A DNA stretch of 29,665 nt from Candidatus Saccharimonadales bacterium (GCA_035479835.1 DATIIG010000072.1:1-29665); one strand, 5' to 3'; counted from the stretch's first letter, positions 16,094 to 26,090 are shown. The notes: generated from the sequence alone by a model not told the origin. A program made the numbers and translations.

Positions 16094-17119
16094 TTAATCC
16101 GTAAATTCCTGAGAGAACATCTCTCCGTATACTCCCCCGTCCATAACTCCTATTCCGACTTTTTTGAAATTAGGAGATAAAATATTTGCTTTGTGTCCCG
16201 GACTTTGCATCAGTCCCTGCATCGCAAGTGTTACATTGGGCGCAAGCGCCAGATTTTCTCCGGCGTATGAAAATTGAATATCCGCTTGTCCCATTCGGTC
16301 AAACGGAGAAAGCCCCTCCGGTGTGTAGTGCGAAAAGTACCCTCGCTTAAACATATCATCGCTATGCGCCCTGGCCACATCTCTTAGTCTATTGTTAAAT
16401 ATGAGCGCCGGCAAGCCCCGCGATGTGCGCTCATGGTTTACCATCACAAACATCTCCTGCTCGGCGCTTGTGTCAACCGTTGCGTTTGAAACCGTGAAAT
16501 GAAGCTTGACCGACTCATTACTTTGCGGCTCAACGGTCAAAAAGTTCATCGTTTCATTTACCGCCTCGCCAAAAACGTTATTTAAATTTTTCTCAAGTCC
16601 CTGCGAGTTAGCAACCAGAATAGTGCCGAGCTTTGCGCTGCCTACCCCGTGTTTGATAAAAGGAGATAAGGGCAGCGCAACGATAAGGGTTAAAAGAAAT
16701 GATAAAAGAACAACTGCCGAAAAAATGCCCGGAATAATGCCAAGAAAGTGATCCACGCGATGAAACCACGGCGGCGCGACAAAAGAAGGCACTCGCTTGA
16801 TAAGTTTTCTCAAAAGAAATGATAGAAGCAGTTCGCTGATAAACGCAACAGCAAAAAATCCGATTGCTTTTGCAAAACCCTGCTGCAGGGAAAAATGCGA
16901 AACAAGAACGGTACTTACGAGCGTGTAAAATTTAAGCGCCAGCGCAAACGACGCGACAAAACTGATCAGATCCAAAAGCGCTGCCACAAATCCGAGTGCA
17001 TACCCCTCAACCGCGTAAAAAAGAAATACCGCGATAATTAAAAGGTCAACCCAGTTGAGCCCGAATGCCGAGAGGTTGAAAAATGAAGTGATCAGGCGGT
17101 TATTGGCAAGAATTTGCAT
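16094..17119 (-). CDS. CvpA-family membrane domain fused to a CAP/SCP domain
   Basis: NWVDLLII...GYALGFV and DHFLG TM region; C-terminal N.ER, AHSDDM, YFSH, GENLA and SPGHKANIL. Start moved to MQILAN. Confidence 0.88.
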   Translation of the reverse strand: MQILANNRLITSFFNLSAFGLNWVDLLIIAVFLFYAVEGYALGFVAALLDLISFVASFALALKFYTLVSTVLVSHFSLQQGFAKAIGFFAVAFISELLLSFLLRKLIKRVPSFVAPPWFHRVDHFLGIIPGIFSAVVLLSFLLTLIVALPLSPFIKHGVGSAKLGTILVANSQGLEKNLNNVFGEAVNETMNFLTVEPQSNESVKLHFTVSNATVDTSAEQEMFVMVNHERTSRGLPALIFNNRLRDVARAHSDDMFKRGYFSHYTPEGLSPFDRMGQADIQFSYAGENLALAPNVTLAMQGLMQSPGHKANILSPNFKKVGIGVMDGGVYGEMFSQEFTD

Positions 17120-17192
17120 AGAGGAGGTACTTGTATTATATATGATGTGCGCAAGAATTGTCAGAGGCAGCGTATTTTGATATGATAGACGG

Positions 17193-19388
17193 GTGAAAGT
17201 CCTCATTAATAAAGCGTCGCCGCGCAAAGTCAGGCAATTGCCGCTTATTAAACACGTCAAACGCTGGCACGTTATTGTTTTGGCAATACTCGGTATTGCT
17301 TTTGCCGCCGCTTTTTACTGGTTTATTCTTCGCGATCTGCCGCTTCCGACCCGTCTGGGCAACTCGTCATATCCTCAATCAACGCAGATTTTTGATCGAA
17401 ACGACAAACTCTTATATTCCATTTATGAAGCAAGAAACCAGACGTTTATTCCCCTTTCCACTATTCCCAAAAATGTCCAAAACGCAACCATTGCCATTGA
17501 GGACCGCGATTTTTATCATCACGGCGCAATTGATGTGCGCGGCATTGCCCGTGCCACCGTTGCGACTCTTTTTCATCACCAAATTCAAGGCGGTTCAACC
17601 CTCACCCAGCAGCTGGTCAAAAACAGTTTGCTCACCTCCGAACAAACCATCCCGCGAAAAGTAAAAGAAATTTTACTTTCTTTTGTGACTGAGCTTTTGT
17701 ATCCCAAAGACAAAATTTTGGAAATGTACTTAAATCAAATCCCCTATGGCGGAACGGCGTACGGCATTGAAGCGGCTGCCCAAACGTATTTCGGAAAACA
17801 CGCAAAAGATTTGGATCTTGCTCAGTCTGCGCTTTTAGCAGGACTTCCCGAGGCGCCCACCACATTTTCTCCGTTTGGTACGCATCCCGAACTGGCAAAA
17901 GGAAGACAGGAAGAAGTACTCAAGCAAATGTATGAGCAGAAAAAAATTTCAAAACAACAGGAAGAAGACGCAATTGCGGAGGAACTGAAGTATCAGCAGG
18001 TGGCATCAAACATCAAAGCGCCGCATTTTGTCCTCTATATCAAAGATCTGCTGGTAAAAAAATACGGAAGCCGCATGGCGGAAGAAGGCGGCTTAAAAGT
18101 CAAAACATCGCTTGATTTGGACTTGCAGGAGTACGCGCAGGCAACCGTTGCCGCCGAAGTTGCAACACTGACAAATTATCATGTGACAAACGGCGCGGCA
18201 TTGATAACAAATCCCAAAACGGGAGAAATTTTGGCAATGATTGGAAGTAAAGATTATTTTGACACCAAATATGACGGCAATGTGAACGTCACACTCTCCC
18301 ACCGTCAACCCGGATCATCGATAAAACCGATAAATTACGCGGTGGGACTTATCAACGGCTACAGCGCGGCAACACCATTTGTAGACGAGCCGATTTGCTA
18401 CCCCTCACCAAGCGGTCAGTATTGCCCGGTTAATTACGACGGCAAGTGGCACGGCGTTGTGCAAATGAGATACGCTCTTGCTAATTCAATCAACATTCCC
18501 GCTGTGAAAATGCTCAAAGCAAACGGCGTCCCCGCGATGATCGCAACTGCCTCTGCAATGGGAATAACGACATTTACCGATCCCAGCCGCTACGGTTTAT
18601 CACTCACCTTGGGCGGAGGCGAAGTAACCATGCTTGATATGGCAACTGCCTACGGAGTTTTTGCCAATAACGGCTATCGCATTGATCTGCACCCCATTCT
18701 TAAAGTGACCGCCTCAAACGGAGAAGTTTTGGAGCAGTATAAACCGCTGCCAAGTCCCCTGTTTGCCAAAAAAGTTTTGCCGGAAGGTGTGGCATTTATT
18801 ATTTCAAATATTTTATCAGATAACGCCGCGCGGGAAATGGAATTTGGTAGTAATTCTCCGCTGAAAATTGACAGCAAACCCGTTTCGGTCAAAACAGGAA
18901 CGACCAATGATTTCAGAGACAACTGGACCATCGGCTATACCCCAACAGCTCTTGTTGCCGTGTGGGTCGGAAATAACGATAACACGCAAATGAACGGGCT
19001 GGTCTCGGGCATTACCGGAGCGGCGCCGATCTGGCACGATTTGATGGCTCATGTCCTTGAGAACAGAACCGCCCAACCCGCCCAGCAACCTCTTAATGTT
19101 GTGGGAAGAACCGTCTGCTCAACATCGGGTCTTATTCCCCCGGCCGACGGAACACCGAATAAATGTCCGACGAGATTTGAATATTTTATAAAAGGTATGG
19201 AGCCCAAGCAAGTTGATCCGGGAACGCAAAATGTGCTGGTCGATAAATCAACCAACGACATTGCAAAGCCGGGACAAACGGATAATGTCGAGTATCGCCC
19301 GGAAGTTATCACAACCGATCCCACAGGTGTGAGCTACTGCTTCACCTGCGCCCACCCCAACGAACCCACCCCCACTCCCAAACCCTAA
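17193..19388 (+). CDS. Class A penicillin-binding protein (PBP1A family)
   Basis: Transglycosylase EDRDFYHH, GGSTLTQQ, RKVKE; transpeptidase SSIK, SIN, KTG. Confidence 0.96.
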   Translation: MKVLINKASPRKVRQLPLIKHVKRWHVIVLAILGIAFAAAFYWFILRDLPLPTRLGNSSYPQSTQIFDRNDKLLYSIYEARNQTFIPLSTIPKNVQNATIAIEDRDFYHHGAIDVRGIARATVATLFHHQIQGGSTLTQQLVKNSLLTSEQTIPRKVKEILLSFVTELLYPKDKILEMYLNQIPYGGTAYGIEAAAQTYFGKHAKDLDLAQSALLAGLPEAPTTFSPFGTHPELAKGRQEEVLKQMYEQKKISKQQEEDAIAEELKYQQVASNIKAPHFVLYIKDLLVKKYGSRMAEEGGLKVKTSLDLDLQEYAQATVAAEVATLTNYHVTNGAALITNPKTGEILAMIGSKDYFDTKYDGNVNVTLSHRQPGSSIKPINYAVGLINGYSAATPFVDEPICYPSPSGQYCPVNYDGKWHGVVQMRYALANSINIPAVKMLKANGVPAMIATASAMGITTFTDPSRYGLSLTLGGGEVTMLDMATAYGVFANNGYRIDLHPILKVTASNGEVLEQYKPLPSPLFAKKVLPEGVAFIISNILSDNAAREMEFGSNSPLKIDSKPVSVKTGTTNDFRDNWTIGYTPTALVAVWVGNNDNTQMNGLVSGITGAAPIWHDLMAHVLENRTAQPAQQPLNVVGRTVCSTSGLIPPADGTPNKCPTRFEYFIKGMEPKQVDPGTQNVLVDKSTNDIAKPGQTDNVEYRPEVITTDPTGVSYCFTCAHPNEPTPTPKP

Positions 19389-19466
19389 CCATTTTCCCTC
19401 TTTTCAACCCAACCGCCTTATAGTATAATCACTTCCCCCAGGCTATCTGGAGGGTTGTTCGTAGCT

Positions 19467-21884
19467 ATGCAGATTTTACTCGCAGTCATTATCTTTGTTG
19501 CAAAAATCCTTATTGCAATCGGCGACGCCGTGCTGTTTGTCTTTCACGCCATTATCAATGGTTTCAAAAGAAGTTATCTCTCCCTGAAAAAACAGGTTCA
19601 AAAACTTACTACATTCAAACTTCCTGCTCCCAAACACGTTTCCAAACCCAAAACGCGAAGAACTGATACCGCTTCTCAGACGGTATTTTTTCAAAAATCG
19701 GCAAAACGCGGAAAACACCTCGGTCAGAGTTTTATACACGGCCTTACAAAATTTACCAGAACTGTAGGGCAATTTGTCATTGCCGCGGCGGTATTTCTGC
19801 ACAAACGGCACCAGAAGCAGCAGCAAAAACTTCGAAACCGCTATGAAATGCAGCGAAAACTTCGCGAGCTAAAACTGAAGCGTCAACGGCAGCTTAAGCA
19901 AATATCGTATTCGCGCTTTTCATTTCTTTTAAAGTTTAAATACTTTATCGCGGGCACTGCGTTTTCATTTGTCTTTATTTTTATCCCCATGCTCTCCCTT
20001 ATTTTTTTGCAGAACCTGCCAAACCCAAACCAAATCGGATCTGACAGCGCGCAAACTACCAAAATTTATGACAGAAACGGCGTACTCTTATATCAAATTT
20101 ACGCAAACCAAAACAGGACGCTCGTAACACTTCCTGAAATCCCAAAGCAACTTCAACAGGCAACCATTGCCATTGAAGATAAAAATTTTTACAGCGAACC
20201 GGGCGTTGACGTTCCGGCAATTATCCGCTCCGCGTGGGCTGATTTTTCAGGAAAACCCTTGCAAGGTGGATCAACCTTGACTCAGCAGCTTATTAAATCA
20301 ACACTTTTAACCCCTCAGGTCAGTGTTGATCGAAAAGTAAAAGAAATTATTCTTGCGTTCTGGGCGCAGCGCCTTTATACCAAAGATCAAATCTTGCAGC
20401 TATATTTAAACCAAGTTCCGTATGGCGGAACGGCGTGGGGCGTTGAGGCGGCATCTGAAACATATTTCGGTCAGCACGTCAAAGATTTGGATTTGGCTCA
20501 AAGCGCGTTTTTGGCAGGACTTCCGCAGGCGCCCTCATCGTACTCACCCTACGGTGATCATCCGGATTTGTGGAAAAAACGGCAGGTTGAAGTTTTGGAT
20601 AAAATGGTATCGCTTCACTACGTTTCAAAACAACAAGCAGATGATGCAAAAGCGGAAGAACTCTCCTTCTTGCCCGCTCAAACGCCAATTCACGCGCCGC
20701 ATTTTGTCATGTATGTCAAAGACTGGCTCACCAAAAAATACGGCCTTCCTTTTGTTGAGCGCGGCGGGCTGACTGTTATCACATCGCTTGATGTCAAAAC
20801 ACAGGACATGGCGCAAAAAGTCGTCACCACTGAGGTTGCAAATGACGCGTATCTGAACTTAACCAACGGTGCAGCCCTTGTCACCAATCCCAAAAACGGT
20901 GATATTTTGGCAATGATCGGAAGCAAAGATTACAATGATCCAAATGGCGGAGCAAATAATTTAACAACGGCTTACAGGCAACCCGGATCATCGATTAAAG
21001 TTGTTACCTACTCGGCGGCGCTTTCTCACGGATTTACCGCCGCGACAATTCTTGACGACTCGCCTGTTGCGTTTGCATCCGCAGGCGGCCCGACCTACGC
21101 GCCGGTTAACTACGACGGTAAATTCCACGGCAGAGTAACGCTTCGTATGGCGCTTGCCAATTCGTTTAACATTCCGGCTGTTAAAACCTTAAATCAAATC
21201 GGTGTTCCGACCATGATTGCTCTTGCGCAGAAAATGGGCATTACCAATTGGAACGATCCGAATAAATACGGCCTTGCCATAACTCTGGGCGGCGCGGAAT
21301 CCCGTATGGTTGATATGGCAACAGTCTATGGAACGCTTGCGAATTTGGGGCAGCGTGTTGATGTCAACCCGATTCTCAAAATCACCGATTATAAAGGCAA
21401 TGTGATTGAAGAAAAACCAACTGCAATTGACGGAAAGCGCGTGCTTGACGCGGGAGTTGCGTATATTCTCTCAAATATTTTAACCGATAACGCCTCCAGA
21501 TCTCTTGAATTTGGACCTGCTTCCCCGCTTCTTATTCCAAATTTCACCGTATCGGTGAAAACCGGAACAACCGATTACAAACGCGATAACTGGACCATCG
21601 GCTACACGCCCGATCATTTGGTTGCAGTCTGGGTCGGAAACAACGATAACTCTCCCATGAGCCAGTCTCTTGCATCAGGTATCACAGGAGCTGCGCCGAT
21701 TTGGCATCAGATCATGACAAATCTCTTAACCGGCGGGCCAAATCATGAAGAGCCGATGCCTTCAGACATTGTTGCCAAGTTTTGTGTGGGAAGAACGGAA
21801 TATTTTGTCAGAGGAACGGAAAACAGCGTCAGTTGCAACGCTCCCGCTCCAATCTCCATCACCCCGACCCCTGTCGCACACTAA
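19467..21884 (+). CDS. Class A penicillin-binding protein (PBP1A family), second paralog with a long basic N-terminal extension
   Basis: EDKNF, GGSTLTQQ, RKVKE; SSIK, SFN, KTG. ATG 19467 preferred over TTG 19455 (uncertain). Confidence 0.95.
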   Translation: MQILLAVIIFVAKILIAIGDAVLFVFHAIINGFKRSYLSLKKQVQKLTTFKLPAPKHVSKPKTRRTDTASQTVFFQKSAKRGKHLGQSFIHGLTKFTRTVGQFVIAAAVFLHKRHQKQQQKLRNRYEMQRKLRELKLKRQRQLKQISYSRFSFLLKFKYFIAGTAFSFVFIFIPMLSLIFLQNLPNPNQIGSDSAQTTKIYDRNGVLLYQIYANQNRTLVTLPEIPKQLQQATIAIEDKNFYSEPGVDVPAIIRSAWADFSGKPLQGGSTLTQQLIKSTLLTPQVSVDRKVKEIILAFWAQRLYTKDQILQLYLNQVPYGGTAWGVEAASETYFGQHVKDLDLAQSAFLAGLPQAPSSYSPYGDHPDLWKKRQVEVLDKMVSLHYVSKQQADDAKAEELSFLPAQTPIHAPHFVMYVKDWLTKKYGLPFVERGGLTVITSLDVKTQDMAQKVVTTEVANDAYLNLTNGAALVTNPKNGDILAMIGSKDYNDPNGGANNLTTAYRQPGSSIKVVTYSAALSHGFTAATILDDSPVAFASAGGPTYAPVNYDGKFHGRVTLRMALANSFNIPAVKTLNQIGVPTMIALAQKMGITNWNDPNKYGLAITLGGAESRMVDMATVYGTLANLGQRVDVNPILKITDYKGNVIEEKPTAIDGKRVLDAGVAYILSNILTDNASRSLEFGPASPLLIPNFTVSVKTGTTDYKRDNWTIGYTPDHLVAVWVGNNDNSPMSQSLASGITGAAPIWHQIMTNLLTGGPNHEEPMPSDIVAKFCVGRTEYFVRGTENSVSCNAPAPISITPTPVAH

Positions 21885-21885
21885 C

Positions 21886-22176
21886 TTACCCGTATAGCTG
21901 TTTGTGTGCTCCGATAATGTAAAACTTAATACTAACGTGTCTCTCTGTTTTTACTTCTTTAAATATTGCCCGATAATCAGGTGTGATATCAATACTTTGG
22001 TACCCCGCGTACTTTTCTTTGAGAAAATGTTTCCGAAGAATTTTATGATCAGGGTTTTCTAAAAAAAGATCGAGTGTTTCCCGAAATGCAATTTTAATTT
22101 CAAGAGGAACCTCTTTGCGCTGTTTGTTAAAAAGGCCGGTGAATTCAATGCGTATTTTTTCTTCCTTTTTTTTCAT
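21886..22176 (-). CDS. RelE/YafQ-family mRNA interferase toxin
   Basis: 96 aa from MKKKEEK; LRKHFLK...SIDITPDYRAIF...IGAHKQLYG. Confidence 0.88.
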   Translation of the reverse strand: MKKKEEKIRIEFTGLFNKQRKEVPLEIKIAFRETLDLFLENPDHKILRKHFLKEKYAGYQSIDITPDYRAIFKEVKTERHVSIKFYIIGAHKQLYG

Positions 22177-22453
22177 CCTCAATTTCTTGTTCGAGGTAAA
22201 AAAGTGCGTCTTTTCCGCTCTCAAACGCGGTTACTCTTCCCTCTTTAATATCTTTTTCGGATTGTGCAAGCGATTTTACAAAATAGCTGTTTGGTTTTTC
22301 GGCAAGAGAGACATGTACATGTTTTGCGCGAACCAAGTATCTCAGCTGCGCTTTGATGATCGCGCTTAAACTAAATCCCAGATCCTGCGCCACCTTCTGC
22401 GCCTGAGATTTTGTCTGTTTATCTATTTTAATGGTAATGACTGCATTGTTCAT
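22145..22453 (-). CDS. RelB/DinJ-family antitoxin
   Basis: MNNAVITIKIDKQTKSQAQKVAQDLGFSLSAII ribbon-helix-helix; overlaps the toxin start; TTGACA-18-TATACT upstream with a TACC-N5-GGTA palindrome in the spacer. Confidence 0.88.
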   Translation of the reverse strand: MNNAVITIKIDKQTKSQAQKVAQDLGFSLSAIIKAQLRYLVRAKHVHVSLAEKPNSYFVKSLAQSEKDIKEGRVTAFESGKDALFYLEQEIEDEKKGRKNTH

Positions 22454-22526
22454 GGTACTAACAAAGTATATACCGAGCTGGTACAAAATGTCAAGGATAT
22501 AAAAGGCTTTCATTTGGCCTATTAAA

Positions 22527-22901
22527 TCAAGAAGGCCGAGGCCTGCCGCCAGTTCCAGTACGCGCTTCTACAATTTCAATTGCTTTTAACAAAACTTTTT
22601 CTCTAAATCTGGCACTAGATTCTTTATTATGCGGGGTTTTCGTAGGATAAAGAACTTCCGCCGCTTCATACATAACATCAGCTCTTTTTTCACTTGTATA
22701 ATTTAATATTTCTTCTGCTGTTACTGTTACTATTTGATCATAAGACCTTTGTAATTCTGCAGCCCATTGTCTTACGGCTTTATCACCTCGGCCATGAGGA
22801 ATTTTTTGATGAAGCTCATTATACCAATTACACATATCGACAAGCCTCTCTTTGAAAGGAGGCCTCTGCTCCATTGATTGTGGATTTTCCGGTGTGGTCA
22901 T
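22527..22901 (-). CDS. Hypothetical protein (ORFan-like, helical)
   Basis: 124-aa ORF starting 11 nt after the upstream ORF. Confidence 0.65.
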   Translation of the reverse strand: MTTPENPQSMEQRPPFKERLVDMCNWYNELHQKIPHGRGDKAVRQWAAELQRSYDQIVTVTAEEILNYTSEKRADVMYEAAEVLYPTKTPHNKESSARFREKVLLKAIEIVEARTGTGGRPRPS

Positions 22902-22912
22902 AGGCTTAAAAA

Positions 22913-23470
22913 TTATTTATTATTTTGCTGCGGTGCAACCGCTTCTCTTAAAATCCCATTAGCCTGAACAAGTCCTTCGAGCAGTTGTCGCATTTTTTCC
23001 TCTCCATATGTCTGATTTGTGTCAGTCTTTAACGCATCTTTATGCATACGTTCTAGCGTTACTCTACCAAGCCGCTCTACTCCCTCCACAAAATTGGGAA
23101 AAATTGTTGGAGTGAGAACATCCTCGGGGACAAGAGGAGTTCTATCGAGCCAATTATGATCGACTATTTCGGGCTCTCCTTTGAGTAGTGAAAGTTCAAT
23201 ATACCAGTGAAGTCTTAACTCACAAATTGTCGTTGTATATCCATGAGTTACTTTTTCCGCGACAGCAGGATCTTTTAAAATCTGGAACGTATACCGTGCG
23301 TACTCTCCGCCAAGCTCTCTATATTCTTGAAACAGCCGGTTTTCCTGGTCAACTTGCGTCTGTTCTTCCGGCGAAAGTGTCGGATTTCCGGCAACGACAA
23401 TGCCGTGCAGTTCATGTAGCCGCTGTGCGGAATCGATAATATGTTGTGGTTGTAATTCACTCATGTTCAT
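22913..23470 (-). CDS. Hypothetical protein (ORFan-like)
   Basis: 185-aa ORF directly behind a consensus promoter. Confidence 0.7.
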   Translation of the reverse strand: MNMSELQPQHIIDSAQRLHELHGIVVAGNPTLSPEEQTQVDQENRLFQEYRELGGEYARYTFQILKDPAVAEKVTHGYTTTICELRLHWYIELSLLKGEPEIVDHNWLDRTPLVPEDVLTPTIFPNFVEGVERLGRVTLERMHKDALKTDTNQTYGEEKMRQLLEGLVQANGILREAVAPQQNNK

Positions 23471-23480
23471 AATGTATCGA

Positions 23481-23509
23481 ATTATATCAGTGCGGATTAT
23501 TTATGTCAA
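23481..23509 (-). promoter_or_regulatory. Perfect consensus sigma70 promoter
   Basis: TTGACA-17 nt-TATAAT with an extended TG, 10 nt before ATG 23470. Confidence 0.85.
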
Positions 23510-23591
23510 ACTGGGTTATCAGAAATAAATTCTTGACGTTTTTCGTAAACATGGCTGATTTCAGCTTCAAATTGAACAGATTTTCTCTATC

Positions 23592-23609
23592 TGTTACTAT
23601 CTAGTAACA
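23592..23609. promoter_or_regulatory. Palindromic candidate operator
   Basis: TGTTACTA-TC-TAGTAACA with perfect 8-bp arms, just upstream of the TTGACA of the TrmB gene. Confidence 0.6.
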
Positions 23610-23656
23610 AAATGCTTGACAAAAGTGAGTTTGTTTGATATGCTCAAACGAGCAAT

Positions 23657-24457
23657 ATGTCACTCGCGTTTCTACAAAGTTTTGGCCTCACGGCAAATGA
23701 GATTGAAATCTACGAGCTTCTGGTAAAGCTAGGCGAAGTGCCGGCGCAGGAAATTATCAGAAAATCAAAAATTAAACGCCCAACTATTTATAAATCACTT
23801 TTAACCCTTGAGAAAAAAGGTCTTATTACCAAGCGCGATCTTCGCAAAAAAATCCACTTTCGCCCGGAGTCCCCGACCAAACTCTTAGAGCTTGCTGAAA
23901 ATCAATTTCGCGAACTCGAACGGGCCAGATCGAATTTGCAAGCCGCAATTCCAGTTTTGGGAAGTAATTATGTTCAGTCAACCGAGCAGCCGGTCGTTCG
24001 CATTTATGAAGGGCGGGAAGGAATAAAAAATATTTACAAAGACACGCTGAAAGAAAAAAAGTTAATTTACGCGGTTGAGTCTTTGGAAAAATTTGATGAT
24101 GATGTCTGGAAGTGGGCAAATGAATGGTATCTCCCCTTGCGGCCGAAAATGAATATTCATACAAAAGTTATTGTCTCAAGCGGACGAAGAGCGCGTCTTC
24201 ACAGAACGCGAGATATCAAACACTTTCGCGTAACGCGCGAAGTTCCTGAAAAGTTATTTCCGTTTCAGTTAGAAGTTGACGTATATGGCGACAAAGTCGC
24301 GTTTATCAATTACAGAACCGATCATCTGCTGGGAATTGTTGTGAAACACCCACTTATTGCAGAAACGATGAAAGCATGGTTTGATCTGGCCTGGGACGGC
24401 GCGGAAAAGTATAGTAAGCCAGCGCGCACCGACAAACCCGCGAAAGAGTACATGTAA
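23657..24457 (+). CDS. TrmB-family transcriptional regulator
   Basis: FGLTANEIEIYELL...IKRPTIYKSLLTLEKKGLI winged HTH; PVVRIYEGREGIK; EVDVYGDKVAF. Confidence 0.9.
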   Translation: MSLAFLQSFGLTANEIEIYELLVKLGEVPAQEIIRKSKIKRPTIYKSLLTLEKKGLITKRDLRKKIHFRPESPTKLLELAENQFRELERARSNLQAAIPVLGSNYVQSTEQPVVRIYEGREGIKNIYKDTLKEKKLIYAVESLEKFDDDVWKWANEWYLPLRPKMNIHTKVIVSSGRRARLHRTRDIKHFRVTREVPEKLFPFQLEVDVYGDKVAFINYRTDHLLGIVVKHPLIAETMKAWFDLAWDGAEKYSKPARTDKPAKEYM

Positions 24458-24498
24458 CTGCCTCTTTTAATTCTTCCCGCTTTTGCTACAATTGTGCT

Positions 24499-25227
24499 AT
24501 GGCGCGAAGAAAAAACAAAAAAACCAAAAAACAAACAAAAAGTAAATTTTCTTTTCGGACAATAACCATGCTTCTTGGCTGTCTTGTCCTTTCCCTTTTT
24601 GCGTTTTCATTTTTTCAAAACAAACTAGAATCTCCCTGCGCCAACTCAATCTCGTGCATCAAAGACCTCTCCGGAAATTACGACGCCGGTAAATCTGTCG
24701 GAACATTTTTGGGACAAAAAGTGCGCATACCCAAACAAATTGCCCAAACTGACCAAAATGTTTTAGGCGATCAGACCGCTGCCAACAAACATATTTACGT
24801 TGATTTAACCAAACAACACCTCTACGCGTTTGACGGGAATAATCTCGTGTATGATTTTCCTGTATCAACGGGCAAATGGCACCCTACCCCCACCGGTGAT
24901 TTTACGATTTGGATCAAACTTCGCTACACCAGAATGACAGGAGGCGAGCAAAGTGACGGAACGTTTTATGATTTACCCAATGTCCCTTTTGTCATGTTTT
25001 TTGCGGGAGCAAACGCTGACCGCGGGCAGGGATTTAGTATTCACGGCGCGTACTGGCACAATAATTTCGGCCATCCGATGTCTCACGGATGTGTGAATAT
25101 GCGAACCGAAGACGCGGCAAAAATATTTTACTGGGCAACACCAAACGGCGTGGGGTATGATAATCAAGCATCAAGCGATGACCCGGGAACCCCGGTCACC
25201 ATTTACGGCGTAGCACCTGAGGGATAA
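24499..25227 (+). CDS. L,D-transpeptidase (YkuD family)
   Basis: N-terminal TM; IYVDLTKQHL, VSTGK...TPTG and IHGAYWH...SHGCVNM catalytic motif. Confidence 0.94.
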   Translation: MARRKNKKTKKQTKSKFSFRTITMLLGCLVLSLFAFSFFQNKLESPCANSISCIKDLSGNYDAGKSVGTFLGQKVRIPKQIAQTDQNVLGDQTAANKHIYVDLTKQHLYAFDGNNLVYDFPVSTGKWHPTPTGDFTIWIKLRYTRMTGGEQSDGTFYDLPNVPFVMFFAGANADRGQGFSIHGAYWHNNFGHPMSHGCVNMRTEDAAKIFYWATPNGVGYDNQASSDDPGTPVTIYGVAPEG

Positions 25228-25899
25228 CTATTCTTTTATCATGTAGCCGAAACCGCGGATGGAGTGAAGCAGCTTTTTGGGAAAACCGGTATCAATTTTT
25301 TTGCGAAGATACCCCACATACACATCAACCACTCTGGTATCCACATCATATGAATAAAACCACACGCGGTTTAAAATCATTTCTCTGGTTAAAACGCGTC
25401 CTTTATTATTTAGTAAATACTCAAGCAGTTTAAACTCCTGCGGGGAAAGCTGGATAAGTTTTCCTCCCCGTTTTACCTCAAGCGTTTTGGTATCAAGTTC
25501 CAAATCCGCAATTTTTAATTTCGTGTCATTTGCCTGGTGCGTTCGAAGACGGGCTTTAATGCGCGCCATGAGCTCGTCTGCGACAAAAGGCTTAGTGATG
25601 TAATCATCGGCACCCATATTGAGTCCTTCGATTACATCCGACACACTGTCTTTTGCCGTGAGAATTATGACGGGAAGTTCCGGATATTTTTTTCTGATTT
25701 CAAGACAGACCGCTTCGCCCCGCATGTTGGGAAGATTTAAATCCAGCAGAACCAGATCAAGCTCTAATTTTTTGAGCATGTTTGACGCAAGCACTCCGTC
25801 ACTTGCAACTTGCACGGCAAACCCGTTATCCATGAGAAGCTCTTTTAAATATTTTTGTATTCCTTCATCGTCTTCAACGACGAGTATCGTTTGAATCAT
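25228..25899 (-). CDS. OmpR/PhoB-family response regulator with no adjacent kinase
   Basis: VEDD, LLDLNLP, LTAK and GADDYITKPF receiver; winged helix VVDVYVGYLRKKI, RGFGY. Confidence 0.96.
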   Translation of the reverse strand: MIQTILVVEDDEGIQKYLKELLMDNGFAVQVASDGVLASNMLKKLELDLVLLDLNLPNMRGEAVCLEIRKKYPELPVIILTAKDSVSDVIEGLNMGADDYITKPFVADELMARIKARLRTHQANDTKLKIADLELDTKTLEVKRGGKLIQLSPQEFKLLEYLLNNKGRVLTREMILNRVWFYSYDVDTRVVDVYVGYLRKKIDTGFPKKLLHSIRGFGYMIKE

Positions 25900-25997
25900 A
25901 GGCGAAGTATACCAGAACGGGCAACTTTACTCAATTTCTTTCTTTTCTCTTACTATATATTGTTTTTCCCATTACGAATTTTTTGTATAAAAGTCAT

Positions 25998-26090
25998 ATG
26001 CAACAAAATTTACTGTCCCGATTGACTGTTTTACTCAAACAAACATTTTTGTATGATTTTTTCTGGTTTCTCAAAGCCCCTGTAGCATAA
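25998..26090 (+). CDS. Candidate small ORF, 30 aa (MQQNLLSRLTVLLKQTFLYDFFWFLKAPVA)
   Basis: ATG 6 nt after TATAAA (same spacing as the leaderless genes); divergent from the response regulator; stop codon lies inside a hairpin. Confidence 0.4.
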   Translation: MQQNLLSRLTVLLKQTFLYDFFWFLKAPVA

